From: Chara braunii | Taxonomy: Eukaryota; Plantae; Charophyceae | Direction: 5' to 3' | Assembly (NCBI GenBank): GCA_003427395.1 | Contig: BFEA01000011.1 | Location: 508,991 to 572,990 of the forward strand | Length of the DNA stretch: 64,000 bases | In this document: piece by piece, positions 38,232-51,747 of the stretch | How positions within the stretch are numbered: the first letter of the stretch is position 1 | How the letters are laid out: each line of letters opens with the position of its first letter | The notes under the pieces: model-generated | Seen by the model: the letters and a program-made list of their open reading frames with translations, nothing else | Told to the model about the DNA's origin: nothing | Databases searched by the model: none | Translations under genes and position numbers: made by a program

Positions 38232-41200
38232 TGTGTTGGGACCTTTGGATCCCGGATAACGTACCGACACTTGAGAGCCGGTATATAGGCAAATTGTGTG
38301 CGACAGAGAAATCCGAAGAAATGAGACTTGATTGAGGGAAAAAACAAATGACTAGGATGAGGCGGACGACGTCAAAGAGCCGGAAGGAAGACCGAGGTCG
38401 AGGGAGCCTTGAGACCCAAGAGACGGACCGGAAGGTCGCGGCTAGCACGAGCATCGCGAAAAATTAGTATAAAAAAAAGGAGGGCGTTAGAAAAGCAAAA
38501 ATAGCTAAGCATGGAGTGCCACAGAAATGAGGAGGATCACTGCGCCAAGGGAAATAACACCTTGGTGACCGTCGCGCGAGGACCTAGCACAAAGCCCGGG
38601 AGGGCCGTCCTAATTGTGGCATAGATAACGTCTGAACAACCATAATCCAAGCAAAAAGGATGTGAAAAATTAGTAGAGACCTTCCGAGAAGATTGCCTAA
38701 AGTTTGGGCAATCTAGAAAAAAGTAATAAAACGGCTTTGGAAACCAAACGGAAAAAGGTCACCAAAGAACCGAGAGGAGACGGGCCACAACGGGGCATGA
38801 GGCCACACGAGAAGGGGACCTTAACGACCAGAGGGCACTAAGAGAACAACGGCAGAAAGTGTCGAGGACCAGCGACGAAACGAAGTGTCGTGGACCACAG
38901 GTGGGACAAGTATCGGGGACCACCGACGGGACAAATGTCGGGGACCACCGGCGGAACAAGTGCCGGCGGAACCACCGGTGGGGCCAATAGCGGGACAAGT
39001 ACCGGCGGGACCTCCAACCAGGGCAAACGTCGAGGACTAGTGCGAGACAAGAGGCGGGGACATGAGAAGGTCTCAAGAAGGATTGTGGAGCGACACGAGG
39101 AAAAAATAATTAAAGCAAGTTGTATCGTTAAGATCAAGATTTTGACGACCAAGAATATTAGCACCACTAGTGCAAGTGCAAACACTAGTGAGAGCAAACC
39201 GAAAGACGAAAAGGAAAAGAAAAAGTAAAGAAACAAGAAAGGGGAGGCATGGGAGCAATCCAAAAAATATCGGATTAACCTCCCTCAAGAAAATGGAGTC
39301 GAAAGAGGCTCCGTGTGGAAAATATGAGAAAATCGGGGTATGAGGGTTTCTATGTGCGAGAAGTAGAGGTAAAAGGAAGCTCCCATGGGCATGAGGGAGC
39401 CACAGTTGCAGTCCGAGAAATAACGGACTGCACCATGGGCATAGGGAGGGTTGAAACTAAGAGAAAAAGCTTAGAAAAGACCTTAACGACTACATGATAC
39501 TTGACATGCTAAAAAAAGAAAGAAAAAGAAAGGAAAAATGTGGAAGAATAAACCAAAAAGAGTGAGAGGGAGTGAGTGAGTTGACCGTTTATACGGACTG
39601 CCACAAGTAGGGACTGGCAGGTCCCGACTATTCAAAAAGGGAGGGAAAAGAAAAGAAAAGAGAAGAGAAAAGAAAAAAAAAAGAGAAAAGAAAAAAAAAG
39701 AGAAAAGAAGAAGAGAAAAGGCAAGAGAAGATAAAAAAACCTTAACGGTAAAAAACAGTCACTTAGGGAGATACATCTGTGATCAGATACATTCTGGCAT
39801 ATATCGGTTACAAAGTATCTTGATTTTCTTTTGATTTTACGTAGAAAATCAAGAAAAATCAAGACCTCATGCAACCGAGATACAACAGACTGCATGAGGA
39901 AGGGAAAACACATGTTTTAGATGCATCCGGAACCAATATTGAGCCCGGACGCACTTGAAAGTTGGTCGTTTCTTTTTCCTTTAGTTTTGGGTAAGTTGTG
40001 GGGCAATGGGACTAGAAAATTGACCCCTACTGTAGTCCGACTTACAACGAATTGCATGGGGAGGGCAAAACACATGTTTTGGATGCATTCGGCGTCCATA
40101 TTGAGCCCGGATGCACTTAAAAATTGAGCGTTTCATTTTCTTTCAGTTTGAGGCAAGTTGTAGGGTTGTAGGACTAGGGAAAGGACCATAGTTGCAGTCC
40201 GAGAGATAACGGACTGCATAAGGTTAACTAGGCCAAAAGAAAATGAGCCAAGGCAAACCCAAAAGAAAAAAAAAAAAAGTTACTTCGGCATGAAGCAAAT
40301 AGAGACGGTAAACAGCAACCGTGAGATAAGGATCTCACAACCCAGAATAATCGGCGCATATGAGGCAATTGAGGAGGGGATATTGGAACTGACAGGGACA
40401 AGGAAGTCCCAAAATAAAAATAGGACGTCGTCCGGGACGATGCCGGGGACTAAATGAGCTCAAATAAAAATAGTTGAAAAATGAGACATGCGGCGGCGGG
40501 ACTACCGGCGGGACAAGAAAATGAAACTATGACGGGGAAAGTGGCGGGGACTTGGGATGTCCCAGAAGAACCATGAGCCAACATGAGGAATGGTCATGCA
40601 AAGCACGCGACACCGTCGAGATCAAGATCTAGACGGTGGAAAATATTAGCACCGCTAGTGCAAGCACGAGTGAGATCAAGTGGGAGAGCCGTGAGAGAAA
40701 AAAAAGGAAAATAATGGTGATGAAGGGGTTGCCCAGCAGTCCGAGATATATTGGGCTAGCTAGGCATGAGAAAATAGAGCCCCAAATGACTCAACACATA
40801 AATAAAGGCTGTCAAAAAAAAATCGGAGCACTAGGGGTTTAAAATTGAAACTAACAGGACCAAAATGAAACCCCCTTGAGTGTGGGGGCTTCATTATTGT
40901 AATCCGAGATATAACGGTCAACTAATGAGTCTGAATCTGACCATAGATGAAGATCCATAGTCTAAAAAAAAGACTCAACATCCACTTGACACTTGTTACA
41001 TCAGAAATAAAAGAAAAGAAAAGAAAAATGAGAGAAAATTGAGGGAGAATGAGACAAAAGGGGAGAAAAGGGTGGAGGAGAATGTGTCAATCAGTTGGGA
41101 CTGGCACAGTAGGGATTGGAAGATCCCTACTGTGACCTCATCCCTCAAAGAATGGTGGAGGACAATCCGGATTGCAGAGATATGACCCTTGGAACATTAT

Positions 41201-42338
41201 CTCTCCAATATCTGAATTGAAAAGACAAAATTGAAAAAAAAGGCAACAGAAAAATTGTCGGTTCTCTTTTCGACCATAAATCTGAGATTCAGATCTATGG
41301 AGGAGGGAATATTGCCGTTTTTTATGAGGTTTAACTCAAACGGCTAACTCCGGAATGAGTTGGCAGCCCAAAATGGAAAGAAACAAAATAAAGAAAAAAA
41401 CTAAACTCTACATTTGGCCCAAACAGAGAGTCAGATGCACCAAAAACTGAAAAAGTGAGCTTAGGGGCTCAAATTTGAAGCAAGGACTACTTGGGGGTGG
41501 CGTGAAATATTGCTGGCCTTGGATCTCATCCAGATCCAAAATGGAAAAAGCACTGAGACATGGGAAAATACCTCGGCCTAACAAAAATGAGGTAGAAACT
41601 AAAAAATTCGAAAAAAAGTTCCACTAGGCCTTTTTTACCCAAGTGAGGTTGCCCTTAGGCATTTGGACTCAAGGGGGCAACATTTCAGGAAGGAAAGGAC
41701 GCTTGAAGAGACCCAAGGGGCAGTCCGAGTTGATACCAACCACTCAGACTGCATGTACCTCACCGAAAGGAGACCCGTGTGCCCCTTGAGAAACCTAGTC
41801 ATGAAAATTGGTCTTGGGGGTACTTCGGTTCACCATGGGGCACATGGGGAGGCCCATGGGCTGGCTGAAACACTGTGCCCAGCCAAGTTAAGATGGGAGA
41901 GTGGTTCGCCACATTTACGTTTGCTTGAGGCAAACACATGTTGCTGGCATGAGCCCAAGAGAGCACCACTCTCACTTGGAGTGAGAAGAGGGGAACCCCT
42001 ACCAGTTTGGGAGCTCAGAGGAAACTTTGGGCTAGTGTGAGGAGCTAGCTATAGAGGCTGGTGGTCGTGAGGCTGGCCTAGGAAGGTGATCCGCCATAGC
42101 CCTCTGGCTGTGAGGAAGAAGGAAAGGTTAGAGGAAGTCTCATTACCTCTCCTAGAGGAGAGGAATCCATAGTCATAGTGATAGGAGTTTGTCACCATCA
42201 GAAAGAGACTGAGGAGGAGGGATAAGAAGGGTTTGAGGAAGAAGGGAGTCATAGCCAAGTGAAGGAGAAGCATAATCAAGATTGGTACTTAAACTCCAAG
42301 ATACTAGAGGAGGTGAGTGGAAAGGAGAAAAATCATTT

Positions 42339-42510
42339 TCTTCTTCTTCTTCTTCTTCTTCTTCTTCTTCTTCTTCTTCTTCTTCTTCTTTCTTTTCTTC
42401 TTCTTCTTCTTCTTTCTCTTATTTTTCTTTGTTTTCTTTTTCTTCTTCGTCTTCTTCTTCTTCTTCTTCTTCTTCTTTTTCTTTTTCTTCTTCTTCTTCT
42501 TCCTCTTCCT
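42339..42510. repeat. (CTT)n microsatellite
   Basis: Direct inspection. Confidence 0.95.
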
Positions 42511-42675
42511 CTCCTCTTTCTTCGTTTCCTTATTTGTCTCCCACTCCTCCATGTTCGCTCATCTACACTCCCTTTTGTTCTTCTTCCCCATCTTCTGTCT
42601 CCCCATAGGTACTTTCCAAAGCTTAGAGTAGGGTAGTATGAGGTTTTTTCACTAGTAATCGTCTTCCCATGGGAT

Positions 42676-44440
42676 CATCCTTCACTCCAAAGTAAATGGT
42701 CACTTCTCGTTCTGTGTTTTCATGCATGGGAATGAGTTTAGCTCACTCTCCCTTCACTTTCTCTCCATTTCTTCCCTTGGTAGTAAATCGCAACTTTTGT
42801 TTGTGCTCATTCTAGTGTTTTGCATGGTCTATCTCTCTTGTTTTTTCCATTCCTTCACTCCAAAGCTAATCGTCACTTTTCACTTTGTGTTTTCATGCAT
42901 GGAAGTGAGTTTCACTCACTTTCCCTCCACTTTCTCTCTATTTCTTCACTTGGTAGTAAATCTCAACTTTGGTGTGTGCTCATTCTAGTGTTTTGCATGG
43001 TCTTTCGCTCTTGTTTTGTCCATTCTTTCACTCCAAAGTAAATGGTCACTTCTCGTTCTGTGTTTTCATGCATGGGAGTGTGTTTCACTCACTCTCCCTT
43101 CACTTTCTCTCAATTTCTTCACTTGTGAATCGTAACTTTGGTTTGAATGGTTTGTACTTATTCTAGTGTTTTGCATTATCTATCTCTCTTGTTTTGTTCA
43201 TTCCTTCACTTCAAAGTAAATCGTCACTTCTCATTTTGTGTTTTCATGCATAGGAGTACGTTTCACTCACTCTTATTTTGTGCTCATTTTAGTGTTTTGC
43301 ATGATCTATCGCTTTTGTTTTGTCTATTCCTTCACTCCAAAGTAAATCGTTATTTCTCATTTTGTGTTTTCATGCATAGTAAATGGCAACTTTGGTTTGT
43401 GCTCATTCTAGTGTTTTGCATGATCTATCTCTCTTGTTTTATCCATTCCTTCACTCCAAAGTAACTCGTCACTTCTCATTTTGTGTTTTCATTCTTGGGA
43501 GTGAGTTTACTCACTCTCCCTTCACTTTATCTACATTTCTTCACTTGGGAGTAAATCGCAACTTTGGTTTGTGCTCATTTTAGTGTTTTGCATGAATTAT
43601 CTTTCTTGTTTTGTCCATTCCTTTACTCCAAAGTAAATCGACACTTTTCACTTTGTGTTTTCATGCATGAGAGTGAGTGATACCTTCACTTTCTCTTTGT
43701 TTCTTCACATGGTACTAAATCACTACTTGATGCTTATTCTAGTATTTTTCATGATTTATCTCTCTTGTTTTGTCCATTCCTTCACCCCAAAACAAATCGT
43801 CAATTTCTATTTTGTGTTTCCATGCGTGGGAGTGAGTTTCACTCACCCTCTCTTCACTTTCTCTCCATTTCTTTACTTGGTAGTAACTCGCAACTATGGT
43901 TTATGTTCATTTTATTATTTTGCATTATCTACCTCTCTTGTTTTGGCCATTCCTTCACCCCAAAGTAAATCGTCACTTTCCATTTCGTGTTTTCATGCAT
44001 GGGAGTGAATTTCACTCACCCTCCCTTACCTTTCTCTCCAGTTCTTCACTTGGTAGCGAACCGCAACTTTGGTTTTCACTTATTGTAGTGCCTTGTATGA
44101 TCCATCTCTCACGTTTGGACTATCGCAACTTTGGTTTATGGTCATTCTAGTGTTTTGCATGATCTACCTCTCTTGTTTTGTCCATTCCTTTACCAGAAAG
44201 TAAATCACCACTTTCCATTTTGTGTTTTCATGCATGGAAGTGAATTTCATTCACCCTCCGTTCACTTTCTCTCCAGTCCTTACTTGGTAGTAAATCGCAA
44301 CTTTGATTTTCACTTATTCTAGTGTCTTGTATGATCTATCCACCAATGCAAAATCGCCACTTTCTATCTTATATGTGTATGCTCGGGAGTGAGTTGCACT
44401 CACTCTTCCCTCATATTTTCGTTCGGATCCTCACTTGGGG
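42676..44440. repeat. ~173-bp degenerate tandem array (about 10 copies) at the 3' end of the LTR
   Basis: ccttcactccaaag(t)aaat.gtcactt recurs at 42679, 42852, 43025, 43203 and onward. Confidence 0.9.
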
Positions 44441-44658
44441 GTAGGCCGTGACTTGTATTAATGATCACGTCTAGTGACATAAGTGTTGTAGATGTTCCCC
44501 TGCCCATGTATCTGTTTGAAGTTCAGTCTCATTATCCCCGCTACATTGCATAACGGACAAGTAGAGAGAGCGTTGGGTGCAATATCTAGGACTGGAGTGA
44601 GGGTGAGGTTCACTACAGGACCAGAAATGAGCAAAAATTTAGAGGAAAATAAAGGACG

Positions 44659-44690
<32 letters not shown>

Positions 44691-45180
44691 GCAAAAAAAT
44701 CCGAAAAACAAATATGTGATGCATCAGTACAAAACAAGCAACATTTGGTTGAGCATCATCTTCAGATTTTTATTAGAATTTGGAAAAAAAAATATCAACA
44801 ACACCAGATAAAAAAAAAAAAAAAAAAACTCGTACAGGGCCCCTAGCGTACGAGTACAAGAGTACGAATCCGTACTCGTACGAGGGTGCGTACAAGTGGC
44901 GACGCATCCGTACTCGTACGAGGGTCCCCCATGCTCTATTTTGAATCCCGCCTGTCCCCCCCCCTGCTCTAATCGAACGTGGTGAATAAGAGGTAGGATG
45001 CAGATATGCAGATCTGCAAAGACTGCGTTTTCTGAAATCTGTGTTTTCTACAAGTCTGTGTTTTTTGCATATATGTTGTAAGAGTAGTGCTGCAAGTCTC
45101 AACTTTTTACAGTCTGGAACTAGAGAAAACTTAGAGAGATGAAGCTGGATGCTTAGAGTAGGACGAAGTATCGAACTCTT

Positions 45181-47345
45181 CACACCATCTTCCTCCTCCA
45201 TCTTCTTCACCTATGCACCATAGCCGACCACCTCACACCATCTTCCTCCTATCTTCTTCACCCATCCACCTTAGCCAACCACTTCACACCGTCTTCCTCC
45301 TCCATTTCCTTCACCCATCCGCCAAAGTCAACCACCTCACACCGTCTTCCTCCTCCACCTTCTTCACCCATCCGCATAGCCAACCACCTCACACCATCTT
45401 CCTCCTCCATCTTCTTCACCCATCCACCATAGCAGACCACCTCATACCATCTTCCTCCTCCATCTTCTCCACCCATCCACGATAGTCAACTACCTCACAG
45501 CATCTTCCTCCTCCATCTTCTCCACCCATCCAACATAGTCAACCACATCACACCATCTTCCTCCTCCATCTTCTTCACCCATCCGCCATAACCAGCTACC
45601 TCACACCACCTTCCTCCTCCATCTTCTTCACCCATCCTCCATAGCCAGCCACCTCACACCATCTTCCTCCTCCATCTCCTTCACCCATCCGCCATAGCCG
45701 ACCACCTCACACCATCCTCCTCCTCCATCTTCTTCACCCATCTGCCATAGCCAACCACCTCACACCATCTCCCTCCTCCATCTCCTTCACCTATCCACCA
45801 TAGCCGACCACCTCACACTATCTTCCTTCTTCATCCTCTCCACCCATCCACCATAGCCGACCACCTCACACCGTCTTCCTCCTCCATCTTCTTCACCCAT
45901 CCACCATAGCCAACCACTTCACACCATCTTCCTCCTCCATCTTCTTCACCCATCCACCATAGCCAACGACTTCACACCATCTTCCTCCTCCATCTTCTTC
46001 ACCCATCCACCATAGCCAACCACTTCACACCATCTTCATCCCCCATCTCCTTCACCCATCCGCCATAGCCGACCACCTCACACCATCTCCATCCTCCATC
46101 TTCTTAACCCATCCACCTTAGCCGACCACCTCACACCGTCTTCCTCCTCCATTTCCTTCACCCATCCACCTTAACCGACCGCCTCACACCGTCTTCCTCA
46201 TCCATTTTCTTCGCCCATCCGCCATAGCCAACCACCTCACACCATCTTCCTCCTCCATCTTCTTCACCCATCCACCATAATCGACCACCTCACACCATCT
46301 TCCTCCTCCATCTTCTTCATTCATCCACCATAGCCAACCACCTCACAGCATCTTCCTCCTCCATCTTCTCCATCCATCCACCATAGCCAACCACCTCACA
46401 CCATCTTCCTCGTCCATCTTCTTCACCCATCTGCCATAGCCAGCCACCTCACACCATCTTCCTCCTCCATCTTCTTCACCCATCCGCCATAGCCAACCAC
46501 CTCACACCATCATCCTCCTCCATCTGCTTCACCCATCCACCATAGCCGACCACCTCACACTATCTTCCTCCTCCATCTTCGTCACCCATCCGCCATAGCC
46601 GACCACCTCACACTATCTTCCTCCTCCATCTCCTTCACCCATCCACCATAGCCGACCACCTCACACCATCTTCCTCCTCCATCTTCTCCACCCATCCACC
46701 ATAGCCAACTACCTCACAACATCTTCCTCCTCCATCTTCTTCACCCATCCACCATAGCCAACCACTTCACACCATCTTCATCCTCCATCTCCTTCACCCA
46801 TCCGCCATAGCCAACCACCTCACACCATCTTCCTCCTCCATCTTCTTCACCCATCTGCCATAGCCAACCACCTCACACCATCTTCCTCCTCCATCTCCTT
46901 CACCCATCCACCATAGTCGACCACCTCACACCATCTTCCTACTCCCATCTTCTTCACCCATCCATACCATCTTCCTCCTCCATCTCCTACACCCATCCAC
47001 CATAGCCGGCCACCTCACACCATCTTCCTCCTACATCTTTTTCATCCACCGACCATGGCCAACCACCTCACACCATCTCCCTTCTCCATCTTTTTCACCT
47101 ATCCTCCATAGCCAACCCCCTCACACTAACCCCCTCACACTATCTTCCTCCTCTTTTTCTTCACCCATCCACTATAGCTAACCACCTCACGCCATCTTCC
47201 TCCTCCATCTTCTCCAACCATCCACCATAGCCCACCACCTCACACGATCTTCCTCCCCCATCTTCTTCACCCGTCCTTCATAGCCAACCACCTCACACCC
47301 TCTTCCTCCTCCATCTTCTTCAACCATTCTCCATATCCAACCGCC
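45181..47345. repeat. 53-bp satellite, about 40 copies
   Basis: Unit cacaccatcttcctcctccatcttcttcacccatccaccatagccgaccacct. Strongly C-rich and G-poor strand. Confidence 0.95.
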
Positions 47346-47480
47346 CCACGCCCTCCTTCCCCCTCCATCCCATTCACCAACCAAAGACCATGACCAAAGG
47401 GGCACAAGGAAGCAAGGTGTAGAAAGGGAACCTTAGGTAGGAAGATGGGACAAGTAGGGGATAAGTTGATTAATAGTAGG

Positions 47481-47483
<3 letters not shown>

Positions 47484-47544
<61 letters not shown>

Positions 47545-47584
47545 NNNNNNNNNNNNNNNNNNNNNNNNNNNNNNNNNNNNNNNN

Positions 47585-47672
<88 letters not shown>
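47484..47672. repeat. (CT)n microsatellite with N gap
   Basis: Direct inspection. Confidence 0.95.
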
Positions 47673-47675
<3 letters not shown>

Positions 47676-49234
47676 TCTCCCCTACCCTCCTTTGTCTCCT
47701 CTCTCTTGCCTCTTGTTCTTCTTCCTTCACCGCCGCCTCCCTCTCCCCGACGTCATCCTTCTCCCAAACTCTAAAGCCTTGACCTTACCTCCCCCCCCCT
47801 CCCCTCTTCTCATATAACTAACTCTTCCCCACTCACTAGTTACATTGTCAGGGAACGAACGATGAAAGGAATTTGTCGTCACTTGAAGGAGAAAGTGGGC
47901 AAGGGAGGGGCTGCCGGTCCCTTGTGCCTCCAAGAAGGAAAGGAAAAGGGGCATTTGAGAAATTGGAAGGAGGCAAGTCCGAAAATGGACTAGAGAAAGT
48001 TGGTACTGAAAGCAAGGTCAGTTTACTCAACCATTACCCCGACTGCATTACTAAGGAAAGAGATTGGCCTCAAGTAAGGAAGAAAAAGGAAAACACATAG
48101 AGCTCAGGAAAATTGAACTTAGGCTTGCGGGAGGGATTATGTGTTGATCATATGTGGGGGGATGCCTTGCATAAATTGTGTTTAATGTGCAGGTGAGTAG
48201 CCTAAAAAGTCATTGAGTGGGATTGGGTCCCAGGTATGTCGGGTGGCAAAGAGAAAGTGGGACTGAGGTCAAACGGGTTGTGGACTTACTTGCCCGTGAA
48301 TAAGTTCGAAAACATGTTTGTGCAAAGCAAAATCGGCCGTAGCAAACTGCAAAGACATAAGGCCGCCGAGAAGGCCGCCTAGATTAAAACGAAACATTTG
48401 GGCGTGTTTGCGGTATGGAGCCCCGAAAAGACTTAGGGGTGTATAGGACAAATGCAAAGGCTGGACAAAGGATAGACATGCATGATGTATGCGACAACGA
48501 AAGTTACGCGTAGGCTGGCCAAAGAAGGAAGCCGGCAAAGCCCTAGGGAGGCGTAGGGGGACTGCAAGACATGGTCCGTGGGCCCGAACCGAAAGGCGGT
48601 TGCCGCTTTGACAAGGCTTTAGGGACTCTCCGCTTAGTGAATGGATGCGTGGCCTAAGGATGACGCTTGGCCTATGCATAGAAGAAGAGAAGTTCTCAAT
48701 AAACTCCCCGGACTGCTTGAGTATTGGAAGGAGCTATTGCATGATAACACCTCAAATTATCAAGGAAATCGCGTGTGATAAAAAGATTGGCGAAACTACC
48801 ATCTGGCGAGAGGGCGGAGCTACATCCCCAATGTCAAAGCTCTCTTGCAAAATGACCCACCCCCATCCATCTCAAAGCACTAGGTGGGGGTGTCTCTGTG
48901 ACGAACGCTCCGCGCCCTGAGCATGAGTGTGGGAGGAGCAGAGCCAACTGGTACCCGCAGTAGGGTCGACACATGCTCAAAAGTCTAACAGGGTCAGGCC
49001 CTACACAGGACGAAGGAATGCAAGGATGGACCACTGATAGGGAATCTATATATGGTGGTGATGAAGGTTGATTATGATGACAATGTATAACGGTGGGAAA
49101 CAGTTGTAGTGCGACAGCAGCTGGGCGGTGGTTGCTACTTCCTGGACATTGGTAGGTTGTCGGCATGATGTAGGACAATAATGGGTATGTGCACAAGTTT
49201 TTCGTAGTCACAGAGAACACTTGTTGATTTAGGA

Positions 49235-49269
<35 letters not shown>

Positions 49270-49819
49270 GTCAAGGCCTCGAGAGAGATCATCATTGAAT
49301 CCGAACTGCCCAGGTAATCCTAAATTATGTTATCTTGGGCATCTGATTGTATCTGGATTCGAACGTGAGTCTATAATTCAACAGTTTGTGGGTTTACCAA
49401 CTGAGCTAGGCCCATTGGTGTGTTTAGAAAATTTTGCATGCAGGTTTACCTGGGAAATGCACAGTCTGGTGACAGTGACATCTGTAGGCATGGGGGTATG
49501 AGTCTGCACTTTCAGCATGGCAGCCCCAACAGTGTTCATTGCCACTAGTATATGCACTTGCCACTGTGGGGGTTTATAGGTAGGAACCTCTGTAATGCGA
49601 TGCCGAGACCAACTATCTATGGGTAAATCGCAAAATTTGAGTGATCCACTGGTCTGTAGAGAAGAGTTTTCATCAGCCAAGTGCCGTGCACTCTAGTTAT
49701 ACCCATACATGAAAACCCATGGCCCGTGAAGGAATAGCAAACTGCATTGTGGGACCAGAACATGTGTCACCATCTCTGTCAAGTGGAGTCCTCCCCACCT
49801 ACATGAAAGCGAGGAAATG

Positions 49820-50660
49820 ACCCATCAGTTCTCTTCTCCAAATGACCCCACACCCATCAAACCTAAACAGCAGTGCACGACTCAACCGACATCCTATGTG
49901 ACTGAGTGTTACTCGATCTGTAGCCGAATAAAACAGGATTGCGACTTGAATGAGTAGCCGATTCAACGGGGGTGTTGGAATTAAATTCCCGTTGAAACTT
50001 GTTGAAACTCATGAATTCCTGTTGAATCCAAAAAGGGAGTTGGAATGCCGGTCCATGGGAGCCCGAGTGCGTGGCCCTGCACCCCTGCGCGATTAAACTG
50101 AAAAAAAAAAAAAAACACCCCAGTTCCCTTCTCCAAGTAACCCCACACTCATCCAACCTAAACAACAGTGCACAACTCAACCGACACCCTATGTCACTTA
50201 GTGCCACTCAATCTGCAGCCGAACAAAACAGGATTGCGACTTGGCTAAGTAACCGATTCAACTGGGGTGTTGGAATTAAATTCTCGTTGAAACTTGTTGA
50301 AACCCATGAATTCCTGTTGAATCCAAAAAGGGAGTTGGAATAAAGGTCCATGGGAGCCCGAGTGCATAGCCCAGCGCCCCTGCGCGATTAAACTTAAAAA
50401 AAAAAACACATCAGTTCTCTTCTCGAAGTAACCCCACACCCATCAAACCTAAACAGCAGTGCACAACTCAACCGACACCCTATGTGACTGAGTGCCACTC
50501 AATCTGCAGCCGAACAAAACAGGATTGCAACTTGGCTGAGTAACCGATTCAATGGGGGTGTTGAAATTAAATTCCCGTTGAAACCCATTGAATTCCCATT
50601 GAATCCAAAAAGGGAGTTGGAATGAAGGTCCACGGGAGCCCGGGTGTGTGGCCTAGAGCC
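49820..50660. repeat. ~293-bp tandem repeat x3
   Basis: cagttc.cttctc.aa..acccccacac.catc.aacctaaaca.cagtgcac at ~49825, ~50120 and ~50412. Each unit carries ttaaattc(c/t)cgttgaa motifs like the subterminal motifs of 7783-9182. Confidence 0.88.
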
Positions 50661-50951
50661 CCTTCACAATTAAATTGAAAAAAAAAAAAAACACCCCCCA
50701 CACCCAAAACATCCCCCCCAACCCCCACCGCCCCCGGTTGTCTGTGCTATGTAACCGTTTAAACGTGTTTGACGCGCATTCACGTTCAAACGCGCGCGTT
50801 CAAACGAGTTCAATAGCACCACGTGGCAAACGGTGGGAGAAAACTGAACGCGCACCCCCCACCGGGTTGCGTGTGTCAGAAGCCACCTGGGAACACGCAC
50901 TTTTGGGGAGAAAAAAAACAAAGAAAAACGTACGTGTGTGTGTGTGTGTGT

Positions 50952-50952
50952 G

Positions 50953-51012
<60 letters not shown>

Positions 51013-51072
51013 AATTGATTGATTGATTGAATATTGATTGATTGATTATTGATTGATTGATTGATTGATTGA
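50952..51072. repeat. (GATT)n microsatellite
   Basis: Direct inspection. Confidence 0.95.
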
Positions 51073-51677
51073 CAGATCGATTTATTGAATTGGCTGGATG
51101 GAAGGGGGGGGGAATAAAAAAAAAGAAAAAAAGAACACTTGCAGCGGCGGAGCAGCATAGGCCACAGCATGGGGGCAATGGCGGCGGTTTTGGGGGCAGC
51201 GGCGGNNNNNNNNNNNNNNNNNNNNNNNNNNNNNNNNNNNNNNNNNNNNNNNNNNNNNNNNNNNNNNNNNNNNNNNNNNNNNNNNNNNNNNNNNNNNNNN
51301 NNNNNNNNNNNNNNNNNNNNNNNNNNNNNNNNNNNNNNNNNNNNNNNNNNNNNNNNNNNNNNNNNNNNNNNNNNNNNNNNNNNNNNNNNNNNNNNNNNNN
51401 NNNNNNNNNNNNNNNNNNNNNNNNNNNNNNNNNNNNNNNNNNNNNNNNNNNNNNNNNNNNNNNNNNNNNNNNNNNNNNNNNNNNNNNNNNNNNNNNNNNN
51501 NNNNNNNNNNNNNNNNNNNNNNNNNNNNNNNNNNNNNNNNNNNNNNNNNNNNNNNNNNNNNNNNNNNNNNNNNNNNNNNNNNNNNNNNNNNNNNNNNNNN
51601 NNNNNNNNNNNNNNNNNNNNNNNNNNNNNNNNNNNNNNNNNNNNNNNNNNNNNNNNNNNNNNNNNNNNNNNNNNNNN

Positions 51678-51747
<70 letters not shown>

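Larger units (their letters stand above)
22038..44479 (+). mobile_element. Large Ty3/Gypsy LTR retrotransposon (decayed)
   Basis: Long direct repeats start at 22038 (tgtcacgacctttggatccc) and 38234 (tgttgggacctttggatccc). Terminal tgtcac...gtgaca. Order gag-PR-RT-RH-INT. PPT before the 3' LTR. Confidence 0.88.
38234..44479 (+). repeat. 3' LTR (~6.2 kb)
   Basis: Starts after the PPT with homology to 22038. Ends in gtgaca, the inverted complement of tgtcac. The right end is inferred from this terminal motif only. Confidence 0.7.

Noticed and set aside
42259-42636. Poly-Leu, poly-Ser and poly-Phe ORFs
   Set aside because: Translations of a (CTT)n microsatellite.
44480-44640. CPLC-containing minus-strand frame as a host gene or LINE ORF1
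   Set aside because: Short, with no complete zinc-finger pattern or splice context.
45181-47345. CRISPR-like regular repeat array
   Set aside because: Units are head-to-tail with no unique spacers and no cas genes. It is a satellite in a eukaryotic context.
48100-48840. Possible non-LTR RT C-terminal remnant on the minus strand (HVLQSPYASLGLCRLPSLASLR)
   Set aside because: Only a vague resemblance, with no core motif. Too degraded to call.
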